The notes under the pieces: generated by a model
What the model was told of the DNA's origin: nothing
Databases searched by the model: none
The model's input: the letters and a program-made list of their open reading frames with translations, nothing else
Part shown: in pieces, positions 10,701 through 20,078 of the stretch
Layout: each line of letters opens with the position of its first letter
How positions within the stretch are numbered: position 1 is the first letter of the stretch
Position numbers and translations under genes: made by a program
Virus record (IMG/VR): IMGVR_UViG_3300023707_000001
Reading direction: 5' to 3' (one strand)
DNA from: a virus
Taxonomy: Duplodnaviria > Heunggongvirae > Uroviricota > Caudoviricetes
DNA: 64,000 nucleotides

Positions 10701-13700
10701 GCTCGTAACTATCGTTTGGTTTTGGCGGCATGGCCGTTAAAAATCGAGACAGAGTTCACCAAGCTCTTTGGTATTACGGACGTAATGGTTGAGGCCTGCC
10801 AGGTTGATACCGTACCAAACTATCCCGGCCTTTACCATATCACCATGAGCCTTGTATCTGTTGACCGCTCACTGAGAAACCGTGAAGCAATGCAACAGAA
10901 GGACATGAAGAACTTCCACAACCTGTCTGTAGAAGGCATTGCTCGTGAACGCAGATGGTCGTATGGACAGATGTCCAAGTTCCTGTCTGAGGCGGAACTT
11001 TACCCAGACCTTGAACTTCCGACATTGGAAGAACTTGGAGAACAGGGGTTCAACTTTATCCGTTATTCCAACGAAAACCGTGTTTATCCGGACCCGGACT
11101 TCTACTTCACTTACAGCTACGTCTTAATGAGCCAGCTTATTCGTGAAGCCGTCCTGAACGCATTAAACTCGGATGCTTGTCAGACCTTAATGAAGGATAC
11201 GACGGGAAAGGAAATCGGCGGCAGCCTTACAAGCCATCTGGGAACCTGGGATAGAAACTACGAAATGTCCAAAGGATGGGATAAAGACCTTCAGGACGAG
11301 TTTTCAAATGATGACTTGATTCCCGCCCGCATGCTTTGCGATTTCCAAAACGTAGCAGATGATGAGCGCGACGAAATGTGGACCATCGCGCCAAACGTAA
11401 AAGTTGCGATGATGGAAAAGCGGATGCTTAACCGCATTAATGATGCGTCCAAGCAGAGCTACAAGGAAAAGAATGGCGCAGACATTCATTCGTCCACAAC
11501 ATATGACAATGCTGATGGAATAAAACAGCCTGGCAATAGTGAGGATGGGCTCAAGAAGGACAAAGATGGCAATGTCGTAGAAATGGAAGATACGCCGAAT
11601 GATAACAACCAGCTCACGAAAGAACAGAAGGCTGAAAACGGCGAAAAGCTTAAACAGCAGCAGAAAGATATTAAGGATGGAAAGTCTGCAGGAAAATACT
11701 CTTCTATTATCCACGAGAAAAACGAAGAGATTTCCAATCGAATCAATGGAGTAATCAAGCACATTGAAAATATCCCTGTCGAAAAAACGGACGACAGTAT
11801 CAGTGACCTCATGGAGGAACTTGTTGCTGCCTTTAACACTTGCCCCAAGTATGACGCAGTGATTGGTAAGTCTGGTGAGAGTTCTGCTTCTGGTGGTATG
11901 TTTGGTAAAATCCCTGCATTCCTGGATGCGGCGGCCGACGCAATTTGCAGCAATAATGGTGTAGATTATAGTTCGCAGAATGCAAACCATCTCAACCCAG
12001 CCGCTGCGGCATTTATAGGGAGTGTAGCAACTGGAGCCGGAGCCGGAGCAATTGTGGGGACGGTTGCGACTCCTGTAGGAACAGCGGTAGGTGCTGCAAC
12101 TGGTGCTGCGGTGGGGGCAGTTGGCGGCACTGTAGCAGCTGGTGCATCATTGGTCACAGGGTCGCATTCTAAAAATGATACGGCCCCATGGAGGCATAGC
12201 ACCAAATATCGTGGACGCCTCAAAATTGACGGAATTGAACAGGTTTGGGCGTTTGACGATGATGACCCCCAGCATGAATACAAAATTAATCTCCTGGCGG
12301 AAAATGCTACAGAGTTTGGCTTCTTCAACTTCAAGTATTACACGCCAGAAGAACTGGAAGACCGTTTTGGCTACTACGGGCATATCGAGCAGGATGAAAG
12401 CGTAGAAAACAGCGAGACTGTTGTTGAAGCACATCCGCGCATGGGTAAGTATCTGGCCGACCCGTACTATCGTTACGCGAACGAAGAAACGCAAAAAGAA
12501 TACGTACGCAAGTGCGTAACGGACTACAGCTTTGCGAAAAAGGCTTTCCTCCGTATCTGTATTCTTTACATGAAGGTGCTTGTAAGCTATAACGTATTCC
12601 CATCGTTTTCTTACGATGTTATGCGCGACGCATTAACGAATGAATCCAACATGAAGAAAATACTCAAAAGTGTTGGTGAGTTGCGGGCCAAAAAAGCAGC
12701 CGAAGCAAAAACAAAATCGGAAACCCAAAAGCAGTACGGTACATCCAAAAAATACTCGGCAAAGAAAAAGCCGGGTTCACTTGACCAAAATGCTGTTGGA
12801 GCAGTTTCTTATGTTGGGGACGAAGTTCCAAAGCAGGAAGCTCAAAAGACGGAACAAGACAAGGACAAACAGAATGCGTCAGCAGAACCCGATAAGGAAA
12901 CCAAAGATGCCAGCGCAGAGCGTGTTTCAAAAGAAGAGGAGACTGTAAGCAGGTACGCACAGAAAATCAACGAAAACAAAGAAGCCATTGATAACGGAAA
13001 AATATTCCTCATGGTTGCTATGGGTGTCGTTGACGGAGATAAGAATTTCCTTAAGTTGCTGCTTGAAAGAAAATATGATGCCTTAAATGCTATTGTTAGT
13101 GGAGCGTGCTCAGGGAATGTATCTCCCAACAAAAAAGACGGGGCATACGAAACCCGCCTCCGTAGTTTTGTTCGGGCCCTGGCCGGGGAAGATGTGATTG
13201 AAGAATCGCTGATTGCATCTGGCGAAACCGAAGCACCATCTGCAGTATTCAACAAAGATGAAGCAAGAAAGAACTGTGCTGCAGCAGCAGAAGACCCGAC
13301 GCTGTACATGGTGCATAGCTTCTACGATATGGTTGTGCATGATTGTCGCGGACGGATGCTCCGTGCATTCCCGACATTCTATATGTTCTTTATTGACGAA
13401 GGGCGTAAGATTGGCAGATTCAAACTGCACGACAATTTTTATAACACCAATGCGGTTTCAAGCATAACAATATCGCAGTCCAGGAAAAACCCGACAGACG
13501 TAGCAGAGATTGTAATGACCAACTTCTTCAACACCTTCACAACGGAAGATGAAGATTTGAATATGAACTACACGGCAAACTTTACCGATGTGTTCCGGTC
13601 ACTCTGGCTTCCTACGCTGCAGTCATATGCCATGGATGAAGAAGAGCGTCGCACAAACGCACCAAAACCGGAGCGCTTCAGATTGCGGCCCGGTGCAAGA

Positions 13701-16493
13701 ATTCATATTCGCCTTGGTTACGGTGCAGACGCCTCCCATCTGCCCATCAGCTTTAACGGTATGGTTGCCGAGGTTGAAACAGGCGATGTAGTAAAACTTA
13801 TCTGCCAGAGTGATGGCAGCGAAATCTGCAAACCAATCCTTTTGGAGAAAAAAGCGTCGGCGCTTCAAGGCATTGATGGCGTTGGCTGGTCCTCTGTTGC
13901 AGAAAACGGGGATACTCCTAAGGGTATCATGCGCAGTCTCATGTGCTTAAAGGGCGGCCTGATTAACTCCTACATGCATAATAAGGGCTGGGATGATGTG
14001 GCAAATATGTGGGGCGACCCCATTAATCCCCTCGGAATTTATCATTTTGGTAATCCTGATATGGAATATGGCGGCGACGCAGAACCTGTGCAGAACATCT
14101 TTGAGATTGGGCTTGAGTCAGGTTCCGAACGTTATTTAAGCACGCCTGGTGAAGACCATAAAGAGGGCGTAGCGGCTTCTATTAAAAACTATCTGATGGA
14201 TAAGAAAGTCGAAGTGGCAACTCAGCTTCAGTTTGAAGTGTTTGGTAAGACGGTTTGGGATGTAGCTAATATCTGCCGCAGTACCGACCCGGAATACTAC
14301 ACATCGGTACGCCCCTTCCATATGCGTTCCACGCTCTTTATGGGACGCGCGCATGATTATTATGCATACGATTACGAGCAAAGAGGCGGAGCCTGGATTG
14401 AAAAGCGCAAGCCGTATCAGCAGGCCCATATTTATACGTCTCTGACAGACATTATCGATAACCGACTGGCTGTGTCGCCGAAAGACATAAAAACCTGTGC
14501 AATCGGAATGTATGAAGTCGAAGGCTTTATGAATGCCAAGGTCCAGAAAAAGACTGACCCACAGTGGGTTGATGCAGCGATTTACCCAGAATATCAGAAA
14601 ACAATGTACGTCGATACCAAACTTTTTGGTGAAGCCTCAAGAAAACTTGGGCTTATAAGCGATGTAGTTGGCTGGTTTTCAAACGGTTTATTCAACAGCT
14701 ACCTTGACCGCGGTGCAGATAAAGACGGTGACATCCGAAGCCATCATGCACTTGCCGTCAAAATGACAATAAGCGCATTGAAAGATGCTATGAAGGAAAT
14801 GTACCAGGGCAATATCGTAATCATCGGTGACCCGACAGTGCAGCCAAATGATAGGATGATTCTGAATGACACCTACAATTACATAAACGGACAATGTCTT
14901 GTTCGTGATGTGGTGCAGGTGTTCTCGTGCGAAGATGGTTATCGGACGGTGCTCACGCCAGACTTAATCACTACACAGATAGGTACTCCGGCTGCAGGAG
15001 AAGCCAAAGAACAGAGTTATACCTGTCTTATCGAAAATGCGGCAATGGCTCCGGTTATTTCATTGGTCGGGGCAAAGTTGTTCCAGGCAAGCGCAACGAA
15101 GCTTACAGAATCTCTTGGGGCAATCAAAAACAGCAGTATCGTTTCCAAAGCTGCAGATTTTGCAAAAGCAGGTTCGGAAGCAATATCCAACAATAGCATT
15201 GTGCAAAAAGGCAAGGCGATTGCAGATGTTGGTGGTAAAGCATTAAAAGGGCTGAAACAGTTCGGAGAGGCTGCCGGTAAAGCCGTCAGGATTATTCGCA
15301 CATTGGGTTCGGCTGCAGAAGCAGTAGCTGGTGCCGCCAGTACTGCGGTAGGGACAGCTAGTAGTGCGGCCGGGGCTGTTGGTTCGGCAGTTGCTGGCAT
15401 CCTGTCGTCTCCGGCTGCTCTTGCGGCAGCAGCTGTTGTGCCGGTATACTTTGCACTGGGCTCGATTGAAGATATTGTCGCATCCAAATTCAACAGCCGA
15501 AAAACACTGGTTATATTCCCCCTGCAAAAATACAATAAGCCGTATGTTGGCGGAATTGATGGGCATGTTGGCTCTGTATATGGCGCTCCGAACTTTGGTT
15601 CGGAGGATGCAATTCAGTCGATGTTTACTAAGCTGAAAAATAGTGACGTCGGTGCTGCAGTAAACTTCCTCTTTGGAAAAGGAAGCATAATGGACATTCA
15701 CAAGTCTTTTGGTATGGATGAATGCCAAAAAATTGCCAACGATGAAGGGGTTGCACAGCTCGCTTATCGTCAGATAAACAATAGCCAAATCAACCACTTC
15801 AACAAAGCGTCGTTTAACCCGTTGCAGCCACGCATGGCTGTGCGCAGTTCAGACTCGGTTAAAAAGGCTCAGGAACTTTACGGTGTGCAGGGTAAAACGC
15901 CGGACGATATTAATGCGGATACAAAGATGAAAAATATGAAGAGCGTTATCCATGACGAAACGCTGAAAAGCTATATGACGAGTGGGTTCTTCCGTGTTGC
16001 CGCCCACGAAAGAGGTTTTACGGCAGACATTAGCGATAAGATAAAGTGCATCTGCATTAAAAATCCGGAGAATGAAGAGTATTACTACATTAATGCCGTA
16101 CTCGATAGTAATGGGTGCTATGACATACCATTTGTGAACAAAGACGCATTTGGTGTGTTGCATGATATTATTGCCAGAGCATTTGTATTAATGGCTGGCA
16201 CAGAGCAGGAACGTGACGCATACAAGTGGTACGAAGACAACAAGGATTCGTTCATCACATTAACATCTGCGTTAAAATGTGGTTCGACGAAGAGTTATGA
16301 GTCAACAGGCTTTTCGTTCATTCTGACATCATCGGATGATAAATCACACCATGCACTTTCCAGTGCGATTGATTTTATCAACCGGCAGATGGCGGAAACG
16401 CATAACAAGATGGAGGCGGTTCCTGAAGCAGTAATGGAGAAAAAGGAAAGCGGGAGAGATGTATTCATCGTAGTGCATCCTCCACAGAGGTAA
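7770..16493 (+). CDS. Giant baseplate hub/tail protein (2907 aa) with N-terminal staphylococcal nuclease (SNase) domain and C-terminal gp27/gpD-like hub region
   Basis: RBS GGAGG. SNase motifs DGDT (8049-8060), VRFAGVDTKE, DAYGRCISAVYV..INLNKLVI. Hub-like motifs LRPGARIHIRLGYG..FNGMVAEV and YQGNIVIIGDPTVQPND..VRDVVQVFSCEDGYRTVLTPD. Two Gly/Ala-rich hydrophobic stretches. Confidence 0.72.
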   Translation: MVTDSLNPAIGLPDMGDFYYDAPDQESYFGEMDRNLNSIRRDRANTAEAYKFYQEDPPQPGADEKGKVFVFDIELGGKGIGDDDETVAGIKVDDGDTLAIPVGSIHAADEKSEKYLSYVKGYVSTHNTSGEATSINVRFAGVDTKELPHYRKVEMSELNSKEVETVNLAEALGNKDYMVSKYKSWMQVRKTIDESYDGYKTKGTFFDYSESSDSTVTVVKLDDGKYHQYFSDGTNGYVLIANDTNNYSPETIADAGLARDVVVNALNDAEAMRIVIDGTQITRDGGNIKTMFNTDLYGTGLENEAHRMLDMMFDSYTKHQRPGFNTWGQDAYGRCISAVYVKIKGKWINLNKLVIADTNMTEINKYNNGDQASTVIDLDSYEYDAKEYADSLYADSKKFDDREKVQKQLFNQTWEALKEWTVTIGDVTLFVPPTSIRTLTQTKAERTPLIRAKGSMAKSGTKSQRIIEMDLYFNEDRGINGYEYKTNTRADNKGKEITYWMNGLRALYAQFRVAPFLPIENNYINTVLGVDAVSLLSFSCETVPNFPKLIRATIQLSEFEYRVYMPEIPYDPGDDDEKEVRNYFSKQINYPLFRYYYQRLIRNGEELKDVKFMDEKYIKSTFGNKTCLVPAKFVDPYIRFYVPNKNQLERLKKAKLERMARPNTVRDITKAELDFAGEMAKIKNEIDYINSSQSPLDKINDYLKNPELDGYVLGGINTKIMIGKVDSTTNSFVPDPEKTREFERLLGEAVNNYDVGLTSLKREDGMPLCQKQGTVSSGATNSDGSVYSVDFAMNVEVPNISEDSLNNLRTLSTVSGVASADEIFKNRCLHFRLSVDMGESDIEYASIKIRCAKLGQNEGLFYFDTSADTSFLNFLAEANNKQGVGGNEDANSAKASVDFVSAATLQFEPYNEDQDFLVEAIHINTSNTFSQITLQETNGYAPQYMGGTDVTIQLSLYTQSKKAASSINALPQVSAEFARNYRLVLAAWPLKIETEFTKLFGITDVMVEACQVDTVPNYPGLYHITMSLVSVDRSLRNREAMQQKDMKNFHNLSVEGIARERRWSYGQMSKFLSEAELYPDLELPTLEELGEQGFNFIRYSNENRVYPDPDFYFTYSYVLMSQLIREAVLNALNSDACQTLMKDTTGKEIGGSLTSHLGTWDRNYEMSKGWDKDLQDEFSNDDLIPARMLCDFQNVADDERDEMWTIAPNVKVAMMEKRMLNRINDASKQSYKEKNGADIHSSTTYDNADGIKQPGNSEDGLKKDKDGNVVEMEDTPNDNNQLTKEQKAENGEKLKQQQKDIKDGKSAGKYSSIIHEKNEEISNRINGVIKHIENIPVEKTDDSISDLMEELVAAFNTCPKYDAVIGKSGESSASGGMFGKIPAFLDAAADAICSNNGVDYSSQNANHLNPAAAAFIGSVATGAGAGAIVGTVATPVGTAVGAATGAAVGAVGGTVAAGASLVTGSHSKNDTAPWRHSTKYRGRLKIDGIEQVWAFDDDDPQHEYKINLLAENATEFGFFNFKYYTPEELEDRFGYYGHIEQDESVENSETVVEAHPRMGKYLADPYYRYANEETQKEYVRKCVTDYSFAKKAFLRICILYMKVLVSYNVFPSFSYDVMRDALTNESNMKKILKSVGELRAKKAAEAKTKSETQKQYGTSKKYSAKKKPGSLDQNAVGAVSYVGDEVPKQEAQKTEQDKDKQNASAEPDKETKDASAERVSKEEETVSRYAQKINENKEAIDNGKIFLMVAMGVVDGDKNFLKLLLERKYDALNAIVSGACSGNVSPNKKDGAYETRLRSFVRALAGEDVIEESLIASGETEAPSAVFNKDEARKNCAAAAEDPTLYMVHSFYDMVVHDCRGRMLRAFPTFYMFFIDEGRKIGRFKLHDNFYNTNAVSSITISQSRKNPTDVAEIVMTNFFNTFTTEDEDLNMNYTANFTDVFRSLWLPTLQSYAMDEEERRTNAPKPERFRLRPGARIHIRLGYGADASHLPISFNGMVAEVETGDVVKLICQSDGSEICKPILLEKKASALQGIDGVGWSSVAENGDTPKGIMRSLMCLKGGLINSYMHNKGWDDVANMWGDPINPLGIYHFGNPDMEYGGDAEPVQNIFEIGLESGSERYLSTPGEDHKEGVAASIKNYLMDKKVEVATQLQFEVFGKTVWDVANICRSTDPEYYTSVRPFHMRSTLFMGRAHDYYAYDYEQRGGAWIEKRKPYQQAHIYTSLTDIIDNRLAVSPKDIKTCAIGMYEVEGFMNAKVQKKTDPQWVDAAIYPEYQKTMYVDTKLFGEASRKLGLISDVVGWFSNGLFNSYLDRGADKDGDIRSHHALAVKMTISALKDAMKEMYQGNIVIIGDPTVQPNDRMILNDTYNYINGQCLVRDVVQVFSCEDGYRTVLTPDLITTQIGTPAAGEAKEQSYTCLIENAAMAPVISLVGAKLFQASATKLTESLGAIKNSSIVSKAADFAKAGSEAISNNSIVQKGKAIADVGGKALKGLKQFGEAAGKAVRIIRTLGSAAEAVAGAASTAVGTASSAAGAVGSAVAGILSSPAALAAAAVVPVYFALGSIEDIVASKFNSRKTLVIFPLQKYNKPYVGGIDGHVGSVYGAPNFGSEDAIQSMFTKLKNSDVGAAVNFLFGKGSIMDIHKSFGMDECQKIANDEGVAQLAYRQINNSQINHFNKASFNPLQPRMAVRSSDSVKKAQELYGVQGKTPDDINADTKMKNMKSVIHDETLKSYMTSGFFRVAAHERGFTADISDKIKCICIKNPENEEYYYINAVLDSNGCYDIPFVNKDAFGVLHDIIARAFVLMAGTEQERDAYKWYEDNKDSFITLTSALKCGSTKSYESTGFSFILTSSDDKSHHALSSAIDFINRQMAETHNKMEAVPEAVMEKKESGRDVFIVVHPPQR

Positions 16494-16496
16494 CAT

Positions 16497-16859
16497 ATGG
16501 GTGTCCTTGGCAATGCAATGAAAAATGGTGTTATTGGCGAAGCAATGCGCTCCGCCAATAAAGACCAACAAACTGTTGCCATGGTTATGAGTGCGGATGA
16601 GTCCAATAATCTGTGTTCTGTAGAGTACATGGATAGGGACGGCAATAAAGTAAAAATTGACAAGGCTATGGTAGACCTGCGGAATAAGGACTGGTTCCCT
16701 AAAAAAGGGGACATAGTCCTTATCCGTGTATCTGGCCGAACCGCACTGGTTGAGCAGCAGTATACAGAAGATTACAATGCGGATATCCGCAGTAAGCAGC
16801 AGTTAAGTAATGATGTCACCGCAGATGGTGACGGAACCGTTGCAGGTTCCATTTTTTGA
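16497..16859 (+). CDS. Baseplate spike N-terminal OB-fold (gp5/gpV-like) protein
   Basis: VAMVMSADESNNLCSVEY...WFPKKGDIVLI pattern; directly follows the hub gene. Confidence 0.55.
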   Translation: MGVLGNAMKNGVIGEAMRSANKDQQTVAMVMSADESNNLCSVEYMDRDGNKVKIDKAMVDLRNKDWFPKKGDIVLIRVSGRTALVEQQYTEDYNADIRSKQQLSNDVTADGDGTVAGSIF

Positions 16860-16865
16860 GGAATT

Positions 16866-17945
16866 ATGGCAGAAAACAAAACCGATAAATTTGCTTTAGA
16901 GGTTGGGGCTGTAAAACCCGACCTCCGAGCAAATATCAGCAAACTGAAAAAACGGGCGACCTATCCTGAAAGAGGCGCAGATTCAGCCATGGTAAGTAAT
17001 GATGGCAATGTATCTCTGCGACTGTTTGACAAGAAGATTAACCAGGCCGCATCTCAAAATTCGTCACAAAAAATGACGGACAAACAGAATATCACAATGT
17101 CGTTTGAAGAACGCCATGTAACAAACAGGTTTAGCCTGGAAGCATATGATTATATCTTCAATGGCCATAAACTTAATCCAAACCTGTGGGAATACAGTGA
17201 CTTCAAAAAATATGTCGATATGTATGGGCAGGAACATGCAGTTGGCGGTTTTACCATGATGGGCACAGTTCTTACGCCGTCATGGGATGAGCAGCTGCAC
17301 CGGTATGTGCTTATTCGCCGGCAGGCCCGTATGCCGTTCTTCTCGCCAAAGAATAACGTACCGGAAATTTTAAAGACACTGCAAATTGACGACCCGACAA
17401 AGGTTGCTTACAAATACGGTGTAAAACAGTCCTCCGAAACGGCCCAGCAGTATTACGAGCGCATAGGTAAGAACTTCGACAACAAGAAGTACTATACAGG
17501 TGCAACGGTATCGTATTCTGGTGGTGGTGCCGGCAGGGCAACATCGGAAATCGTCGAAAAAGCTGTGCAGTGGTGTATTAAGATTGCAAACGACGAAGAT
17601 GGGCAGATTCATCATTATTCACAGGCCAATAGAACAGGCCCGGATTACGATTGCACATCGTTTGTTTGCGCAGGGCTTCAGGCCGGTGGATTGGATATCC
17701 CGTTCTTGGGCGGTCCGTCTTTTGATGACCAGATTGTGAATTATGGCTTTGAACGGCTTCCGTTCCCAGGACTTGAAGGATTGCAGCGTGGCGATATTAT
17801 GAGCAGTCCGTCTCACGTTGAGTGGTATATTGGCAATAACCAGCGGTGCGGTGCGCATACAGATAGTAAGCCGGCCGAAAAGCAAATCAGCGTAGAAGAA
17901 TATTGGGATGGTGGCTGGACAGACATCTTCCGATATAAAGGATGA
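16866..17945 (+). CDS. Virion-associated peptidoglycan hydrolase with C-terminal NlpC/P60 domain
   Basis: YSQANRTGPDYDCTSFV (catalytic Cys), LQRGDI, HVEWYIG (catalytic His); Gly linker before the domain. Confidence 0.8.
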   Translation: MAENKTDKFALEVGAVKPDLRANISKLKKRATYPERGADSAMVSNDGNVSLRLFDKKINQAASQNSSQKMTDKQNITMSFEERHVTNRFSLEAYDYIFNGHKLNPNLWEYSDFKKYVDMYGQEHAVGGFTMMGTVLTPSWDEQLHRYVLIRRQARMPFFSPKNNVPEILKTLQIDDPTKVAYKYGVKQSSETAQQYYERIGKNFDNKKYYTGATVSYSGGGAGRATSEIVEKAVQWCIKIANDEDGQIHHYSQANRTGPDYDCTSFVCAGLQAGGLDIPFLGGPSFDDQIVNYGFERLPFPGLEGLQRGDIMSSPSHVEWYIGNNQRCGAHTDSKPAEKQISVEEYWDGGWTDIFRYKG

Positions 17946-17949
17946 TTAG

Positions 17950-19410
17950 ATGGCTGAAATACCTGAGTATAACAGAATCGATTACAAGAATGATTCCAGA
18001 ATTGTAATATATGCAAAGTCGGAAGCAATCAAGAAAGCTGGCGGAGATGTTTATGCGGGCGGAATAAACGCGCCCGCAATTAAGCCAAACAGCAAAATTG
18101 AGACGAAAGAGAAAATTAGCGGGGCTCAAAAATCTGACGGTGTCAAAGCGGTGACTACGCAAAACACGGCGTCTGGGAAATCAAGTGTGGTTTCCAATAG
18201 AAAATCCCAAGAGGAAAAGCTAAAGGCAGCTGAGGCCCGCAAGAAAAAACGGGACAAGGAATATCAGGAAAAAACAGCGCTTGCCAAAAAGAACAGTGAC
18301 AACGCAATCGAAAATGTACAAAAGTACATTGCCGATCAAGTAAAGCAGAGTACGGAAAAGAAAGAGAAAACCGTATCTTCTGCGGAAGCCTTGAAAGATA
18401 TGCAAAGTTCCGTAAAAAATATTTGGCAAGGAATTATTTCCCCTGTAAGCGACTCACTAAACCAAGCGGTCCAAAATGTAAAATCGGATGAGGCCGCCAA
18501 GCAGTTCGTGGACGAAATCCGTAAAGGCGCACAGGGTATCGGAAAGATTGAGGATTTCCTGAAAGGGAAAGATGGTTTTTCCGAGGAAGAGCTCTTAAAG
18601 CTGAGTACAAAAGCCCTTCTTGGATTACAGCAAGATATTCTGAGTCAGAACATGACGCATCAGGCAGTCCTGGATGGTATTGCTAAGCGTATTGCTGAAC
18701 AGGCAGGAAATATCGAAAAGCTGGCCAGTAGTGTAACGGAACAATATCTCCTACAGAAAGCCTACATCAATGCTTATCTGAAAAACACGTTTGGCAATCC
18801 TGAATTCATGGGCAAAGTGTCCAAGGAAATTGAGGGCAAAGTAACAGCCTATATCGATGCCTTGTCCAATGAAAAAATCAACATGGTGAATGAAAAAATC
18901 GACAGTGCAATCGACAATACATTTAGCCGTGTCACAAATACAATAGATACAACGACCAACAGGATAAATACGAAACTGGACGACTTGCTTAAGTTGGATA
19001 TCGTGAATGATATAAACTCCAAGCTCGAAAAGAGTATTTCTCTGGAATCGTTTGAAAAGAGGCTGAATGCAAATCCATTAACGCAAATCTTTGCGCCAAG
19101 CATTATGGCTATTTGTCAGGCTGGCCAGGTATCTGTTCTCAACTCCTTCAAACAGCCGAAGATGCTCGAAGCTATTAAGAAGGTTCAGGATAAGGTCAAG
19201 ATTGTTCAGGATAATCTTAAGAAGGCAAAAGACTTCATTGCCAACAAGACGAAGATGCTTAAAGAGTATGTGGATACGCTTAAGAAGAAGGCAACGGAAG
19301 CAGTTAAACAATTTGCCAACAAGGTTATTTCTGATATTAAGAGCAAGATTTCCGTCGCACTCGGCAATGCCATAAGTGGAGCGGTTTCAGGACTTGCTGC
19401 AGGTTTTTAG
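17950..19410 (+). CDS. Hypothetical coiled-coil virion protein
   Basis: 486-aa Lys-rich helical ORF tightly packed in the operon; no recognisable motif. Confidence 0.6.
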   Translation: MAEIPEYNRIDYKNDSRIVIYAKSEAIKKAGGDVYAGGINAPAIKPNSKIETKEKISGAQKSDGVKAVTTQNTASGKSSVVSNRKSQEEKLKAAEARKKKRDKEYQEKTALAKKNSDNAIENVQKYIADQVKQSTEKKEKTVSSAEALKDMQSSVKNIWQGIISPVSDSLNQAVQNVKSDEAAKQFVDEIRKGAQGIGKIEDFLKGKDGFSEEELLKLSTKALLGLQQDILSQNMTHQAVLDGIAKRIAEQAGNIEKLASSVTEQYLLQKAYINAYLKNTFGNPEFMGKVSKEIEGKVTAYIDALSNEKINMVNEKIDSAIDNTFSRVTNTIDTTTNRINTKLDDLLKLDIVNDINSKLEKSISLESFEKRLNANPLTQIFAPSIMAICQAGQVSVLNSFKQPKMLEAIKKVQDKVKIVQDNLKKAKDFIANKTKMLKEYVDTLKKKATEAVKQFANKVISDIKSKISVALGNAISGAVSGLAAGF

Positions 19411-19413
19411 GGG

Positions 19414-19953
19414 GTGGTGATAAAAGTGATAGATTTAGAAATGACAGAGAACGGCGATATTAACTGGTCCTCCGAACCCAGCATATCGACTTTCCGCTTG
19501 CGCTTTGCGCTGTCAGACTACAAAACGCAGCATATTCATTTCTTGTGTATGCCGACAAGCCGGAGGCAAAATGTTCCGCCAAAGAAAGGGCAGCATATTC
19601 AGTTCCGCTATGTAGAGCATGGTGATGAACTGAAACTGCAGACAGGACTTGTGCAGGAGCAGAAGGAAACACTTCAATCCTTATATATTGCCTTAAGAAC
19701 AGAACTTGGCGACGTAAATGACGATACGGTAGGTTCCGATTTTTATAAGGTGTCACATAAGATAATTACGGAAAGTAATGACCTGACCTATATTCGTGAC
19801 AGGGCGGGGGAAGTCGTGCAGAAATTCTTCCCCGGCACGCTGCTGGAGGCAGAGTATGTTATCTGCCCAGAGGCTGGCAACTTCAAATACCAGTCTGTAA
19901 AATTCACAATAAAAGATAAAAACAATGAGGTTATCGCCTCATTTGTATTCTAA
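19414..19953 (+). CDS. Putative gp25/gpW-like baseplate wedge protein
   Basis: C-terminal LYIALRTELGD...GSDF pattern; position before baseplate J once the NAD cassette is removed. GTG start uncertain. Confidence 0.45.
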   Translation: MVIKVIDLEMTENGDINWSSEPSISTFRLRFALSDYKTQHIHFLCMPTSRRQNVPPKKGQHIQFRYVEHGDELKLQTGLVQEQKETLQSLYIALRTELGDVNDDTVGSDFYKVSHKIITESNDLTYIRDRAGEVVQKFFPGTLLEAEYVICPEAGNFKYQSVKFTIKDKNNEVIASFVF

Positions 19954-19980
19954 GGGAGCAAAAAAGCTCCCTATTTTTTT
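19953..19980 (+). terminator. Rho-independent terminator
   Basis: AGGGAGC-aaaaaa-GCTCCCT followed by ATTTTTTT. Confidence 0.8.
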
Positions 19981-20011
19981 AAAAAAAATTGTAAGTAAGG
20001 ACACAAAACCA

Positions 20012-20040
20012 TTGACAAATGTAGTAATGTGTACTATGAT
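20012..20040 (+). promoter_or_regulatory. sigma70/sigmaA promoter of the NAD operon
   Basis: TTGACA (20012-20017), 17-bp spacer, TATGAT (20035-20040). Confidence 0.85.
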
Positions 20041-20060
20041 TAACGTAGTACAAGATACCA
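20022..20060. promoter_or_regulatory. Two tandem NrtR-type operators (GT-N7-AC)
   Basis: TAGTA-atgtg-TACTA (20022-20036, perfect palindrome overlapping the spacer and -10) and TAGTA-caaga-TACCA (20046-20060), directly upstream of an nrtR gene. Confidence 0.75.
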
Positions 20061-20078
20061 CATAGAGAGGTTAAAAAA

